Source of the DNA: the human T2T-CHM13v2.0 reference genome, Homo sapiens
Length of the DNA stretch: 64,000 nucleotides
Strand: one strand, 5' to 3'
Assembly: GCF_009914755.1 (NCBI RefSeq)
Contig: NC_060925.1
Position 1 is the stretch's first letter, and each line of letters opens with the position of its first letter. The position numbers and the translations under genes are program-made. Shown piece by piece: positions 63,842 to 64,000 of the stretch. A model generated the notes under the pieces. It was not told where the DNA came from. It worked only from the letters and a program-made list of their open reading frames with translations, and made no database searches.

Positions 63842-64000
<159 letters not shown>

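Overview
Human genomic DNA, recognisable from the encoded proteins as the chr1p33 DMBX1–TMEM275–KNCN–MKNK1 locus. The + strand carries all four coding exons of the K50 paired-class homeobox gene DMBX1; they splice GT-AG to a 377-aa protein and are followed by a ~3.7-kb 3'UTR. The - strand carries the single-exon CDS of TMEM275 (177 aa, in a CpG island), four coding exons of kinocilin KNCN (124 aa) and the last four coding exons of the kinase MKNK1, including the 44-nt cassette exon whose skipping gives Mnk1b. The remainder is introns and intergenic DNA with about 21 Alus, a young 5'-inverted L1PA2-type insertion, old L1/L2/MIR and DNA-transposon fossils, microsatellites and several homeodomain-motif-rich candidate enhancers. 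Most short ORFs in the supplied track are repeat-derived or GC artefacts. I see no wholly new gene system. The best unexplained signals are: a ~120-bp high-identity inverted repeat beside the last KNCN splice acceptor; a perfect 36-bp duplication that doubles the probable TMEM275 3' splice site; a CG where the long DMBX1 isoform would need an AG; RFX/POU4F-type sites around KNCN; a shared TM1 motif in TMEM275 and KNCN; and a short 3' transduction in the L1. Coordinates were read by hand; repeat boundaries are approximate.
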